Origin: Clostridia bacterium
Lineage (GTDB): Bacteria; Bacillota; Clostridia; CAKSNL01; HGM11501
Direction of reading: 5' to 3'
Length of the DNA: 64,000 nucleotides
Assembly (NCBI GenBank): GCA_045545475.1
Contig: JAZQAZ010000010.1
Coordinates: 64,001-128,000, forward strand
Shown here: positions 11,236 to 21,334 of the stretch, one piece after another
How the letters are laid out: every line of letters starts with the position of its first letter
Position numbering within the stretch: the first letter of the stretch is position 1
The notes under the pieces: model-generated
Seen by the model: only the letters and a program-made list of their open reading frames with translations
Databases searched by the model: none
What the model was told of the DNA's origin: nothing
Made by a program: the position numbers and the translations under genes

Positions 11236-12102
11236 TTAATCATTTGACCATCTTCCATATATGCCGCAGGGGAGAATGATGGGGGAGTTTTTAACGGGGA
11301 GGCCAACTTCACCGGAAGTGATATTCCCCTTAAATCTGGAGCCAACTGTTATATGCAATATGTTTTCCAACACCGTGGATGAGAGGCCTGTTGTATAGGA
11401 GTTGATGAGGAAAAATAAGGGATTGTCCGAAAGAACTTTTGAGCAAAGTGCAACAAGGTCAAAAAGGTTTTCTTCCAAGCTCCACACTTCTTTTCCGGCA
11501 CCTCTGCCGTATGAAGGGGGATCCATTACAATCGCATCGTATGTATTTCCGCGTCTGATCTCACGCTCAACAAACTTCCTTACATCGTCAATTATAAATC
11601 GCATTGGCTTGTCAGCAAGTCCTGAAAGGGCAACATTTTCCTTTGCCCAGGAGGTCATACCCTTGGAGCTGTCTACGTGACATACAAAAGCTCCTGCAGA
11701 AAGGCAAGCAACAGTAGCTCCGCCTGTATATGCAAACAGGTTAAGAACTCTGATTGGACGGCCGGCATTTTTTATTTTATCAATCATATAATCCCAGTTC
11801 ACAGCTTGTTCCGGGAAAAGGCCTGTGTGCTTAAAGCCCATGGGTTTTACGTAAAATGACAGATTTTTATAGTTTATCTGCCATTTATCGGGAAGCGGTT
11901 TAAAATATTCCCATCTGCCGCCGCCGGATGAGGAACGTATATAGTGAGCGGTTGCCGTTTTTAAGTAATTTTCCTTTGACTGTTTCGGCCATATAACCTG
12001 AGGGTCGGGACGAATAAGTAAAAAATCTCCCCAGCGCTCAACTTTTTCTCCGTCATAAAGGTCAATTATTTCATAATCTTTCCATTCGTTTGCTAATTTC
12101 AT
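11236..12102 (-). CDS. Class I SAM-dependent rRNA methyltransferase (RlmI/RlmK-like)
   Basis: HTGLFPEQ, VLNLFAYTGG and DPPSY motifs. Confidence 0.85.
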   Translation of the reverse strand: MKLANEWKDYEIIDLYDGEKVERWGDFLLIRPDPQVIWPKQSKENYLKTATAHYIRSSSGGGRWEYFKPLPDKWQINYKNLSFYVKPMGFKHTGLFPEQAVNWDYMIDKIKNAGRPIRVLNLFAYTGGATVACLSAGAFVCHVDSSKGMTSWAKENVALSGLADKPMRFIIDDVRKFVEREIRRGNTYDAIVMDPPSYGRGAGKEVWSLEENLFDLVALCSKVLSDNPLFFLINSYTTGLSSTVLENILHITVGSRFKGNITSGEVGLPVKNSPIILPCGIYGRWSND

Positions 12103-12121
12103 CAGAAAATTCCTTTCCTTT

Positions 12122-13033
12122 TCATAATGCAAAGGGTTCTTTTATTTCAAAGACCTTATCTTTTAAGTAATTAAGCTTTCCCGCATCCGAGGTGAAAGCA
12201 AATGCTAATCTGAAAGCACAAAGCTTTTGTGTTCCCTTGCCGCCGCCATACTTGAAATCGCCATATAAAGGATGACCGATTGAGGCCATGTGTGCTCTTA
12301 TCTGATGGGAGCGACCGGTAAAAAGCTCAATCTCAAGCAAAGAATGTTTATCGTTACTTGAAAGAACCTTGTATCCGGTTTTAACCGAAAGAGAACCTTT
12401 CTTCTCGGTTTTTATAATTTGGGAAACATTTTTTGCTTTATCTTTAAGTATATAGCCTTTTAGTATATCGGCTTTTTTATCGGGCACACCGACTGCGATG
12501 CAACGATAAAACTTCTTTATTTCTCTGGTTTTGATTTTTTCGTTTAAGATCCTTAAAGCCTCGGCGTTTTTTGCGGCAATTATCAATCCTGATGTATTTA
12601 CATCAAGCCTGTTGCAGATGGCAGGGGCAAAGGTGTTTTCGAGTGCCGGGTTATATTCACCCTTGTTCAGAAGATAGCTTTTAACATATTCGGAAACTGC
12701 ATTTTCTCCCTTTTTATCCGGTTGACTTTTTAAGCCCTCGGGTTTGTTTATAAGTAAAATATCTTCATTTTCGTAAACCACATCCAGCAAAAACGGTTCG
12801 GCGGGTAAAAAAGCTTCCTCTTTTAACGGCTTGAAGAAGGAATCATCAATAAAAAACGAGACCGTGTCTCCGGTGCATAGGATATAGCTGCCGTCCTTTT
12901 TCTTTTTATTTACCTTGATATGGCCGGTTCTTAAAAACTTGTATAAAAGGGCTCTTGGAATATCGGCAATTTTGGATATGTATTTATCAAGACGCTGAGA
13001 TGCGTCGTTTTCATTTGCTACAAAGCTTTTCAT
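12122..13033 (-). CDS. RluA family pseudouridine synthase
   Basis: N-terminal S4 domain (QRLDKY), NKPEG, NRLDVNTSG and GRSHQIRAH. Confidence 0.93.
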   Translation of the reverse strand: MKSFVANENDASQRLDKYISKIADIPRALLYKFLRTGHIKVNKKKKDGSYILCTGDTVSFFIDDSFFKPLKEEAFLPAEPFLLDVVYENEDILLINKPEGLKSQPDKKGENAVSEYVKSYLLNKGEYNPALENTFAPAICNRLDVNTSGLIIAAKNAEALRILNEKIKTREIKKFYRCIAVGVPDKKADILKGYILKDKAKNVSQIIKTEKKGSLSVKTGYKVLSSNDKHSLLEIELFTGRSHQIRAHMASIGHPLYGDFKYGGGKGTQKLCAFRLAFAFTSDAGKLNYLKDKVFEIKEPFAL

Positions 13034-13338
13034 AAAAACCTCCGCAAAAAATCCTCTAATAATTCTAACATGAAATAAAATAAAAAGCAATATAAAAATG
13101 CAAAAAACACAGTTGGGGAAACTGTGTTTTTGCTATAATGAGATATAGGAGAGGAAAATGAAAAACTTGTAAGGTGAAACCTTACGATATTATATTAACA
13201 TACGATTGTTAAAGAAGTATAGCCTAAATAAGAACAAAATGTTAATTTTAAATTAGCAGAGAAATTATTTTTACATATTGCAAAAGACAATAAAAAATGG
13301 TATAATATTATGATATCTTTTATGTTGTGGTGACTTAT

Positions 13339-14187
13339 ATGATAAAAGTGGAAAAATTGAAAGCTAAATACGGAGAAGATGAAGAAATAAAAATTGTTAT
13401 TCACGGAATTGACCTTGAGATAGAAAAAGGAAAGTTCGTGGCAATTTTAGGCCATAACGGATGCGGGAAAAGTACCCTCGCAAAGCATTTTAACGGCATA
13501 CTTTTACCATACTCGGGAAAAGTTACCGTTGAAGGAATGGATACCTCGGACGAGAGTGAAATTTATAACATCAGACAGAAAACCGGAATGGTGTTTCAGA
13601 ATCCAGACAATCAGATGGTATCCTCCATTGTTGAAGATGATGTTGCGTTTGCTCCGGAAAATCTCGGAGTTCCCCGTGAGGAAATAAGGCAAAGAGTGGA
13701 TTTTGCACTTAAAGCGGTGGGAATGTATGAACACCGCCATAAAACTCCTCAAACTCTTTCCGGAGGACAGAAGCAGAGAGTTGCCATTGCCGGAATTATT
13801 GCCATGAGACCTGATTATATTGTTCTTGATGAGCCTACAGCCATGCTTGATCCAAAGGGCAGAGAAGAAGTTATGAAAACCGTTTTGAAACTTAATAAGG
13901 AAAACGGAATAACCGTGGTTATGATAACTCATTTTATGAACGAAGCTGCCATGGCAGACCGTGTGATTGTTATGGATAAAGGTCTCATTAAAATGGATGG
14001 AACGCCAAAGGAAATTTTTGCCCGTAACGAAGAACTTACTGCCCTGGGACTTTCGGTGCCACAGGGAGCAATGCTTATATATGAGCTGAAAAAACGGGGC
14101 GTTTCCATCAACAGCGATGCAATAACTGTTGATGAATGTGTAAATGACCTTGTTGCATTTTATAAAAGCAAGGAGGCGGGAAAATGA
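13339..14187 (+). CDS. ecfA1: ECF transporter ATPase A1
   Basis: GHNGCGKST, FQNPDNQ, LSGGQKQR; first gene of the A-A'-T-truA operon. Confidence 0.92.
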   Translation: MIKVEKLKAKYGEDEEIKIVIHGIDLEIEKGKFVAILGHNGCGKSTLAKHFNGILLPYSGKVTVEGMDTSDESEIYNIRQKTGMVFQNPDNQMVSSIVEDDVAFAPENLGVPREEIRQRVDFALKAVGMYEHRHKTPQTLSGGQKQRVAIAGIIAMRPDYIVLDEPTAMLDPKGREEVMKTVLKLNKENGITVVMITHFMNEAAMADRVIVMDKGLIKMDGTPKEIFARNEELTALGLSVPQGAMLIYELKKRGVSINSDAITVDECVNDLVAFYKSKEAGK

Positions 14188-15035
14188 TAGAACTTAATAA
14201 CGTCTCCTATATATACGGCGAAGGTTCTCCTTATGAATCCATAGCTTTAAGGGATATTAATCTGAAAATTGAAGACGGAGAAATCGTCGGAATAATCGGA
14301 CATACAGGAAGCGGAAAAAGCACTCTTGTAAATATTATGGGAGGTATTGTAAAGCCGACTGATGGGCGTGTGCTTATTGACGGAGAAGATATAACAGAGA
14401 TGAAATCTGTTGTAAAAAAACTTGGCGGAAAAATAGGCGTAGTTTTTCAGTATCCTGAATATCAGCTTTTTGAAGAAACGGTGTATAAAGATATTGCTTT
14501 CGGCCCGAAAAACCTTGGATTAAGCGATGAAGAAATAGATATAAGGGTGCGCGAAGCGGCAAAAATGACAAATATAAGTGAAGAACTTTTCGATAAATCT
14601 CCTTTTGAGCTTTCAGGCGGACAGAAAAGAAGAGTTGCCATTGCGGGAATATTGTCAATGAAACCTAAGATGCTGATTCTTGACGAGCCTGCGGCAGGTC
14701 TTGATCCCGGCGGAAGAGAGCGTGTGCTTGGCGAAATAAAGGAAATGCACAAAAAATACGGCATAACTGTTATACTTGTTTCACACAGCATGGAAGACGT
14801 TGCGGAAGTGTGTGAAAGAATTGTGGTTATGTCAAAAGGAAGAATGCTTAAATGCTCTCCGATGAAGGAAGTTTTTGAAAACAGCTCCGAGCTTAAGGAG
14901 AATGGGTTATCCATACCGGAGATTACGGAAATAATGCTTTCGCTCAAAAATGCGGGATTACCTGTGAGAGATGACATATTCCGCATGGAAGATGCTCTCA
15001 GCGAGCTTATAGGCTTATTCGGGGAGGTGCATTGA
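14184..15035 (+). CDS. ecfA2: ECF transporter ATPase A2
   Basis: GHTGSGKST, FQYPEYQLFEE, LSGGQKRR. Confidence 0.92.
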   Translation: MIELNNVSYIYGEGSPYESIALRDINLKIEDGEIVGIIGHTGSGKSTLVNIMGGIVKPTDGRVLIDGEDITEMKSVVKKLGGKIGVVFQYPEYQLFEETVYKDIAFGPKNLGLSDEEIDIRVREAAKMTNISEELFDKSPFELSGGQKRRVAIAGILSMKPKMLILDEPAAGLDPGGRERVLGEIKEMHKKYGITVILVSHSMEDVAEVCERIVVMSKGRMLKCSPMKEVFENSSELKENGLSIPEITEIMLSLKNAGLPVRDDIFRMEDALSELIGLFGEVH

Positions 15036-15036
15036 C

Positions 15037-15837
15037 ATGGATATAACAATAGGACAGTTTTACCCCGGAAATTCTGTGATTCATAAAATGGATCCGAGAA
15101 CAAAGCTTCTTTTGGTTATAACTTATATGATAATGGTTTTTGTGGCAAAGGATGTCTGGAGCTTTCTTATTATAGGTCTTCTTACGCTTTGTGTCATTCT
15201 CTTAAGTAAAGTGCCTGTAAAGTACTACTTTAAGGGACTTAAACCAATTCTTATAATTATGATTTTCACATCGGTTCTTAATCTGTTTTTGTCTCAGGGA
15301 AAGGTTATATTTACCGTTCCTTATCTGGGATGGACAATTACTGATGAGGGACTTAAATTGTCAGTATTTATGGTGCTCAGGCTGAGTTTTCTTCTGACAG
15401 GAACATCGGCACTGACCTTTACGACTTCGCCCGTAACTCTTACGGATGGGATAGAAGCACTTTTAAGACCGTTTTCAAAAATAGGAATTCCGTCTCACGA
15501 AATAGCAATGATGATGACGATTGCACTTCGCTTTATTCCGACCTTTGCTGAGGAAGCAGATAAGATTAAAAAAGCTCAGGGAGCAAGGGGAGCGGACTTT
15601 TCATCGGGAAGCCTTCTTTCCAGGGCAAAAGCAATGATTCCTATTTTGGTGCCCTTGTTTGTGGGGGCGTTCAGAAGGGCAGACGAACTTGCAACTGCGA
15701 TGGAAGCAAGGTGCTACAGAGGAGGGAGCGGCAGAACCAGCCTTAAAAGACTTAAGTTTGCAAAGCGTGATTTTCTTGCTTTTGCTTTGATGCTTGTGCT
15801 TCTCGCCTCGGTTATAGCAATTAAAATATATCTTTAA
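15037..15837 (+). CDS. ecfT: ECF transporter T component
   Basis: DPRTK, ALRFIP, and the ARG and EARC coupling motifs. Confidence 0.92.
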   Translation: MDITIGQFYPGNSVIHKMDPRTKLLLVITYMIMVFVAKDVWSFLIIGLLTLCVILLSKVPVKYYFKGLKPILIIMIFTSVLNLFLSQGKVIFTVPYLGWTITDEGLKLSVFMVLRLSFLLTGTSALTFTTSPVTLTDGIEALLRPFSKIGIPSHEIAMMMTIALRFIPTFAEEADKIKKAQGARGADFSSGSLLSRAKAMIPILVPLFVGAFRRADELATAMEARCYRGGSGRTSLKRLKFAKRDFLAFALMLVLLASVIAIKIYL

Positions 15838-15852
15838 GAAAGGATATGTGCC

Positions 15853-16593
15853 ATGGCTAATATAAGAATATGGCTGAAATATGACGGCACGGATTTTCAC
15901 GGTTATCAGATACAGAAAAACGGGATAACCGTTCAGGAACATATTGAAAAAGCCATCATGAAAATTACCGGAGTTAAAACTTCTGTTACAGGATGCAGCA
16001 GGACGGATGCCGGTGTCCATGCTCTTATGTATGCCGCAAACTTTCATTCGGATACAAAGATTCCGGACGAAAAGCTTCCTGTGGCACTTAACACGGCCTT
16101 GCCCGATACCATAAGGGTTTATAAAGCGGAAAGAGTATCTGAAAATTTTCATGCAACATTTTCTGCCGTTGAAAAAACTTATGAATACACTATTGATACC
16201 AACGACATTGCAGACCCTTTTCTTAAACGATATGCCTGGCATTATAATTATTATGTGGATTCTGAACGTATGAAAGAAGGTGCTGTGCATCTTATAGGGA
16301 AACACGATTTTACGGCATTTATGGCGTCAGGCGGTCAGGTGAAAACCACCGTGAGAACCGTGAAAGATATAGAAATTACCGAAAAAGATAAGGTTATAAC
16401 TTTGAGAATAACTGCGGATGGATTTTTATATAACATGGTAAGGATAATTGCAGGCACTTTGGTTTATTGCGGAGCAGGAAAACTTAGTCCGGATGATGTG
16501 AAAAAAATGCTTGAATCAAAGGATAGAAGAGAGGGCGGAGTAACTGCACCGCCGGAAGGACTTAAACTGATTTCTGTAGTATATGAGGAATGA
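15853..16593 (+). CDS. truA: tRNA pseudouridine(38-40) synthase
   Basis: YDGTDFHG, SRTDAGVHA, FLYNMVR. Confidence 0.96.
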   Translation: MANIRIWLKYDGTDFHGYQIQKNGITVQEHIEKAIMKITGVKTSVTGCSRTDAGVHALMYAANFHSDTKIPDEKLPVALNTALPDTIRVYKAERVSENFHATFSAVEKTYEYTIDTNDIADPFLKRYAWHYNYYVDSERMKEGAVHLIGKHDFTAFMASGGQVKTTVRTVKDIEITEKDKVITLRITADGFLYNMVRIIAGTLVYCGAGKLSPDDVKKMLESKDRREGGVTAPPEGLKLISVVYEE

Positions 16594-17666
16594 TTATGAA
16601 AAGAAAAAATATATTAATATATATAATTATAGCAATAGTGGTGATTTCGGGAATATTGTTTTATGCTTTTAGAAACAAAGATGAGGCCGGAAAGGAAATT
16701 ATCATTTCCAAGGAAAACACCAGGGACTATATTTGCGATAAATATGAAGACGGATTTATAACTTACAACGGGGTGGAACTGATACACTACGATTCCGACA
16801 TGGAACAAAAATGGGTATGTGCGGTTGATGAGGTTTCGTCTGACGTTTATGTCGATGGGAAATATGTTATTATTTACAGTGAGAACAATAAGATTGTTAT
16901 TGTTAAGGATGGAAAAATTTTAAGTGAAATTAAAAGCGAAAAAGATCTTCGCAGGGCCTCCGTCAATGAAAACGGATACAACGTACTTTTGACTTCCGAC
17001 AGAGGATATAAGGGACAGTGCTTTGTATATGACAGCAAAGCATCTCTTGCGGCAGAGTTTTCGTTTGGAGAAAAATACATCCTTGGAGCATACCTTATGG
17101 CGGATAACAGGACGCTTGTTATGAATGTTATAGATGATAAGGACGACGGATACAAGGGAAAAATCCTTTACGCTGACATAAAAAGCGGAGAAATAATTAA
17201 AGAAATTGAATCGGACAGTATATATTCTTATATGAAGATTTACAAAGGAAAGGTTTTTGCCGAAAATGACGGAAGATTTTATTGCTACGACAAAAACGGA
17301 AATGAGAAATGGAGCTATGAGGTGGGCTCGGAAGAAATAGTTTACATTGGCTTTTCCGGAAATTATGTTTCCATGGTTGTAAAAGCGAAAGACAGTTTTG
17401 GGGCAAACGAGATTTTGACGTTTAATCTTAGCGGAAGACTTAAGGGAAGTTACCTTACAGAATCGCAGGTTACAGCCTTTGATGCCTCAAAGGGATATGC
17501 GGCAGTTTGTGTAAACGGAAAGGTGTTGCTTCTTAACAGAAGAGGCAAGGTTGTTTCAGAAATAGAAACTGATACTAATACTGTAAACAGCATTAAGCTA
17601 TTCAAGGATGATGACAGGGTACTTATGATATCCGAGAAAGCTGTTATGCAAAAATTCGGAAGGTAG
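16590..17666 (+). CDS. Membrane-anchored beta-propeller-like protein (DUF5711-like)
   Basis: N-terminal TM helix, repeated beta-rich units, upstream of a CvpA-family gene. Confidence 0.55.
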   Translation: MIMKRKNILIYIIIAIVVISGILFYAFRNKDEAGKEIIISKENTRDYICDKYEDGFITYNGVELIHYDSDMEQKWVCAVDEVSSDVYVDGKYVIIYSENNKIVIVKDGKILSEIKSEKDLRRASVNENGYNVLLTSDRGYKGQCFVYDSKASLAAEFSFGEKYILGAYLMADNRTLVMNVIDDKDDGYKGKILYADIKSGEIIKEIESDSIYSYMKIYKGKVFAENDGRFYCYDKNGNEKWSYEVGSEEIVYIGFSGNYVSMVVKAKDSFGANEILTFNLSGRLKGSYLTESQVTAFDASKGYAAVCVNGKVLLLNRRGKVVSEIETDTNTVNSIKLFKDDDRVLMISEKAVMQKFGR

Positions 17667-17681
17667 TAAGGAGGGTAGTGT

Positions 17682-18308
17682 ATGGTACTGGACATTATAG
17701 GAATTATAATCATAGGATATTTTTTGTATTCCGGAGTGAAAAAAGGCTTTGTTAAAAGTATTTTTTCTTCACTGTCCTTTATACTTGCACTGGCACTTAC
17801 GGTTATGACTTTGAATCCCGTGGTGGATTACGTAAAGGAAACTGAGTTTGGAAAGACTGTATACGAAAAAACCGAACTGACCTTTATAGAGGAGAATGCC
17901 GACAACGAAAGTGCTGAGGATGGCGAAGAAGAAATGTCTTTTCTTTCGGAGATTATAGACACCGATGGGATAATTGAAGAAGCCACTAAGATACAAGGAA
18001 ATATTTCGAAATCACTGGGAGATATAGTTATTCGTTCTATTTGTGCGTTGGCACTCTTTGTTATTTATATTATACTTATAAAAATAGCAGCTTCAATTCT
18101 TGATGCTACTGCAAAGCTTCCGGTACTGAAAACATTCAATAAAATCGGAGGAATTCTGGCAGGTGCTGTAAATGCTTACATATTTATGGCGATTTTTTGC
18201 TGCATTATTATGCTACTTATGTCTACGTCATTTAAGGATACAGTTGCGGCACAGTTGGAAGCCTCTTTATTTACCTCGTGGTTTTACAGTAATAACCCAT
18301 TTTTCTAA
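17682..18308 (+). CDS. CvpA (colicin V production) family membrane protein
   Basis: G.KKGFVK and FNKIGGILAG motifs, several TM helices. Confidence 0.75.
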   Translation: MVLDIIGIIIIGYFLYSGVKKGFVKSIFSSLSFILALALTVMTLNPVVDYVKETEFGKTVYEKTELTFIEENADNESAEDGEEEMSFLSEIIDTDGIIEEATKIQGNISKSLGDIVIRSICALALFVIYIILIKIAASILDATAKLPVLKTFNKIGGILAGAVNAYIFMAIFCCIIMLLMSTSFKDTVAAQLEASLFTSWFYSNNPFF

Positions 18309-18323
18309 AGGCGGAGTTATGTT

Positions 18324-20183
18324 ATGAAAAGAATAACATTATTAATTATTGTTTCTTTAATAGTGCTGTCAAGTTTTAATATATCGGCATCTTCTTTGAG
18401 TGAAGAATGCGGTGCACAAATCATTTCGTATGCACTTTTTGACGGCGAAGAAAAAATTGCTTCTTCAGGCAAAGAAAACTGCTTTGCAATAGGCTCAGTA
18501 AGTAAAGTATTTACTGCGGCACTTACTCTAAAGCTTTGCGAGGAAGATGTGCTTTCTCTTGATGGAAAAGTATGGGAATATCTTCCGGAGTTTTCAATGA
18601 ATGACATAAGATATAAGGATATTACGGTAAAACATTTGCTTAATCACACATCCGGCCTTATGGGTTCTACAATGAAAAACACCATGCTCTATAAAAAATC
18701 AGATTCGTGGAATCATGATAATTTCTTAAGTCTTTTAAAAAATCAGAACTTAAAATATGCCCCGGGACAGATGGCAAACTACTGTAATGACGGATATACT
18801 TTGCTTGAACTTATTATTGAGAAAGTATCGGGAATGGAATATACCGACTATCTTTATAAGGTATTTTCGGCTTTGCCTCAAGATAGGTTTAAAACAGCTG
18901 AAAATGTGGATTTAAGTGTTGAAGAAATTGTAAATTCAATTGCCGCAGGCGGAATTTATTCTGATGCGGAAACGGTTTGCAAAGCAATTTATAAGCTTAT
19001 CTGCACCGATACGATACTTTCGGATAATTCAAGAAAACTCATGCAAAGCCATGGAAATGATGCGAAAAAAGATGGGGAATTCGGTCTTGGATGGGACTCT
19101 GTGACAGCTTATCCCTTTGACAAGTATGGAATAAAGGCACTTACCAAGGGAGGAGACACTCTCTATTATCATTCATCGGTAGTGGTTTTGCCTGAATATG
19201 ATATTACGGCCTGTGTCATTTTGAAAGAAGGCGACAGCAGAGTTGCCGAGGCGGAAGCAAAAAAGTTGATTATTGATTATCTAAAGGAGAAAAACGGAAC
19301 ATTAATAGAGTATTACGGATATGAAAAGCCGGCTGTTGAAAATACCGACGATTTGGATTCTCTTTCGGGATATGAAGGACTTTACCTTTCAGGAAGCGGG
19401 CAGTTTAAGTTTTCTGTTAAATCAGGATTTGGGATACTTTCGGAGCTTTTTACAGGGAAAAACACGCCTCTTACTTATATGGGAAACGGAGTATTTGACG
19501 CAGGGGACGGTATATTGTATTTTTCAGAGGAAGATGGAAATATATATATGATGATTGAAGGTATATCGGCCTTAAAAGGCGGAGCGTTTTACCGCTATTT
19601 TGAGTATTACGGAGTAAAGGTGCAAGATGGCGGGGATGCCAATTCTTCATGGCATGAGCGAAACGGCAAGGTATATTTTATTTGTGACGAGAGATATGAT
19701 TCTCTCTTATATATGGAGGGAATAACTGCCCTGACTGTTGCGTTTTCTTCTGAAATGCCCGGGTATCTGAGTTATCTTAAAACCGTGGATGATAATACTG
19801 CACTTTCTGATATTGCACTTCCCGGTGCCTACGGAAGGGATCTTACGGATATAACAGTATTTAATGAAAACGGAAAAGAGTATCTTAAATCACAGGAGTG
19901 GACGTTTTTAGACAGAGAATATATAGGCAAGATATATAATGGGGAAAAATCCGTGTGCACTATTTTACCGGACGGTTATACCAGATGGTTTGCTTCGGGA
20001 GATGCGGCAGGAAAAACTTTAAAAGCCGAAATTGCAGGAAACGGAATGTTTGCCATATACGATGAAAATGGAAGATTTTTGTATTCTTCGCTAAAAGACG
20101 GTCCTTGTGCAACTATTCCTGAAAACGGCTATATAGCTTTTTCCGGTGAAGTCGGAACGGTATTTGAAATTACACTTGCATAA
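18324..20183 (+). CDS. Secreted serine hydrolase, beta-lactamase class C/PBP superfamily
   Basis: Signal peptide, SVSK, LLNHTSG, YCN and KGG motifs. Confidence 0.85.
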   Translation: MKRITLLIIVSLIVLSSFNISASSLSEECGAQIISYALFDGEEKIASSGKENCFAIGSVSKVFTAALTLKLCEEDVLSLDGKVWEYLPEFSMNDIRYKDITVKHLLNHTSGLMGSTMKNTMLYKKSDSWNHDNFLSLLKNQNLKYAPGQMANYCNDGYTLLELIIEKVSGMEYTDYLYKVFSALPQDRFKTAENVDLSVEEIVNSIAAGGIYSDAETVCKAIYKLICTDTILSDNSRKLMQSHGNDAKKDGEFGLGWDSVTAYPFDKYGIKALTKGGDTLYYHSSVVVLPEYDITACVILKEGDSRVAEAEAKKLIIDYLKEKNGTLIEYYGYEKPAVENTDDLDSLSGYEGLYLSGSGQFKFSVKSGFGILSELFTGKNTPLTYMGNGVFDAGDGILYFSEEDGNIYMMIEGISALKGGAFYRYFEYYGVKVQDGGDANSSWHERNGKVYFICDERYDSLLYMEGITALTVAFSSEMPGYLSYLKTVDDNTALSDIALPGAYGRDLTDITVFNENGKEYLKSQEWTFLDREYIGKIYNGEKSVCTILPDGYTRWFASGDAAGKTLKAEIAGNGMFAIYDENGRFLYSSLKDGPCATIPENGYIAFSGEVGTVFEITLA

Positions 20184-20215
20184 ACAGATTTTTTGTGATA
20201 AAATATTAAAGAAAT

Positions 20216-20322
20216 CAGAGTAGAATCCTCTGCGTAAAGTGCCTGAAGGACGGGGAGTTGTCTTCGGGACGAAAGTGAGAGTCGGTTGGCTTAAGCTGCG
20301 GTAGAGGTTTCGCATCCCGCTG
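20216..20322 (+). ncRNA. THF riboswitch
   Basis: CAGAGTAG...TGCGTAAAGTG...GGACGGGGAGTTG...ACGAAA...GCGGT...TCGCATCCCGCTG; upstream of a folate S component. Confidence 0.93.
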
Positions 20323-20382
20323 TACATATTAAAGGAATCCTCCTTGTGTATGTAGCGAGAAAATACATAAGGAGGTTTTTTT

Positions 20383-20922
20383 ATGAAAAAAATCAAAACT
20401 AAAAAGCTTTGCGTAATAGCGATGCTTCTGGCAATCACGGTTGTTCTTTCATACATTTCTGGATATCTGAGGATAGGAATGGGAATAAAGCTTACAATAA
20501 GCTTTATTTCGGTGTATCTGGCTGCAGCATTATATGGGCCTTTTGCAGGAGCTTTTGTCGGTGCGATGGCGGATGTTATATCCTGCATCGTAAATCCTGT
20601 GGGAGCACTGATTTGGCAACTTACCCTTATTGAGCTGTGCTACGGTTTCATGTACGGCATCTTTTTTTCAAGAAAAAAATATGCATGTTCTATAAAAAAC
20701 AGATACATAAAAGCAGTTATTTGCTCTTTTATAAGATTTTTATCGGACGTTTTTATTAAAACGGAAATTTTGTCTGAAGCAGGGTTTATGCCCGACGATT
20801 TTTGGTATGCAGTTACATTAAGACTTTCAAGCTGTCTTGCTATGATGGTATTAACGGCGGCAGCGATAATGTTTTTTGAAAAACACTATACGGATAAATT
20901 CAGCGAAATGGTAAATAAGTAA
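20383..20922 (+). CDS. folT: Folate ECF transporter S component
   Basis: AMLLAITVVL and YGPFAGA..G..AD S-component motifs; THF riboswitch upstream. Confidence 0.88.
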   Translation: MKKIKTKKLCVIAMLLAITVVLSYISGYLRIGMGIKLTISFISVYLAAALYGPFAGAFVGAMADVISCIVNPVGALIWQLTLIELCYGFMYGIFFSRKKYACSIKNRYIKAVICSFIRFLSDVFIKTEILSEAGFMPDDFWYAVTLRLSSCLAMMVLTAAAIMFFEKHYTDKFSEMVNK

Positions 20923-21002
20923 TTAAAAAAATCTTTACTTATCTTAAAAACGGTGGTATAATAATACATTATAGTGATTTTATGAAAGGAAGAGTGAATT
21001 AA

Positions 21003-21293
21003 ATGGCAGAAGAAAAGAAATATTTTGAATATAAGGGTAAACCTTTTATCCGCCGCGGAGATGTTCTCTTTTACGGAGATCCTAAGGAAAAGTACATTGT
21101 TAAGTTCACTATCAACAGCTATGAAAAAGTCGGAGATAAAGAGGTTGCAAATTCTGTAAAGGTACAGCTTTTGCAGAACACCTTGGGAGACAAAGAAAGG
21201 GTTATTAAGCAGGCCGAGCGTGACGGACTTTTCCGTGCGTTTGACGTAGGGGAATATTGGCTTAACGAAGCTTTTGAAGCAATGAAAGCATAA
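21003..21293 (+). CDS. Small hypothetical protein
   Basis: Strong RBS and promoter-like sequence; YKGKP..R.GD..FYGD pattern. Confidence 0.7.
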   Translation: MAEEKKYFEYKGKPFIRRGDVLFYGDPKEKYIVKFTINSYEKVGDKEVANSVKVQLLQNTLGDKERVIKQAERDGLFRAFDVGEYWLNEAFEAMKA

Positions 21294-21334
21294 TTCCGGC
21301 AATTTATTAGACTCCGTAAGAAAGGAAGATAGCT

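Noticed and set aside
18324-20183. Antibiotic-resistance beta-lactamase
   Set aside because: Motifs place it only in the broad serine hydrolase/PBP superfamily; long C-terminal extension and chromosomal context
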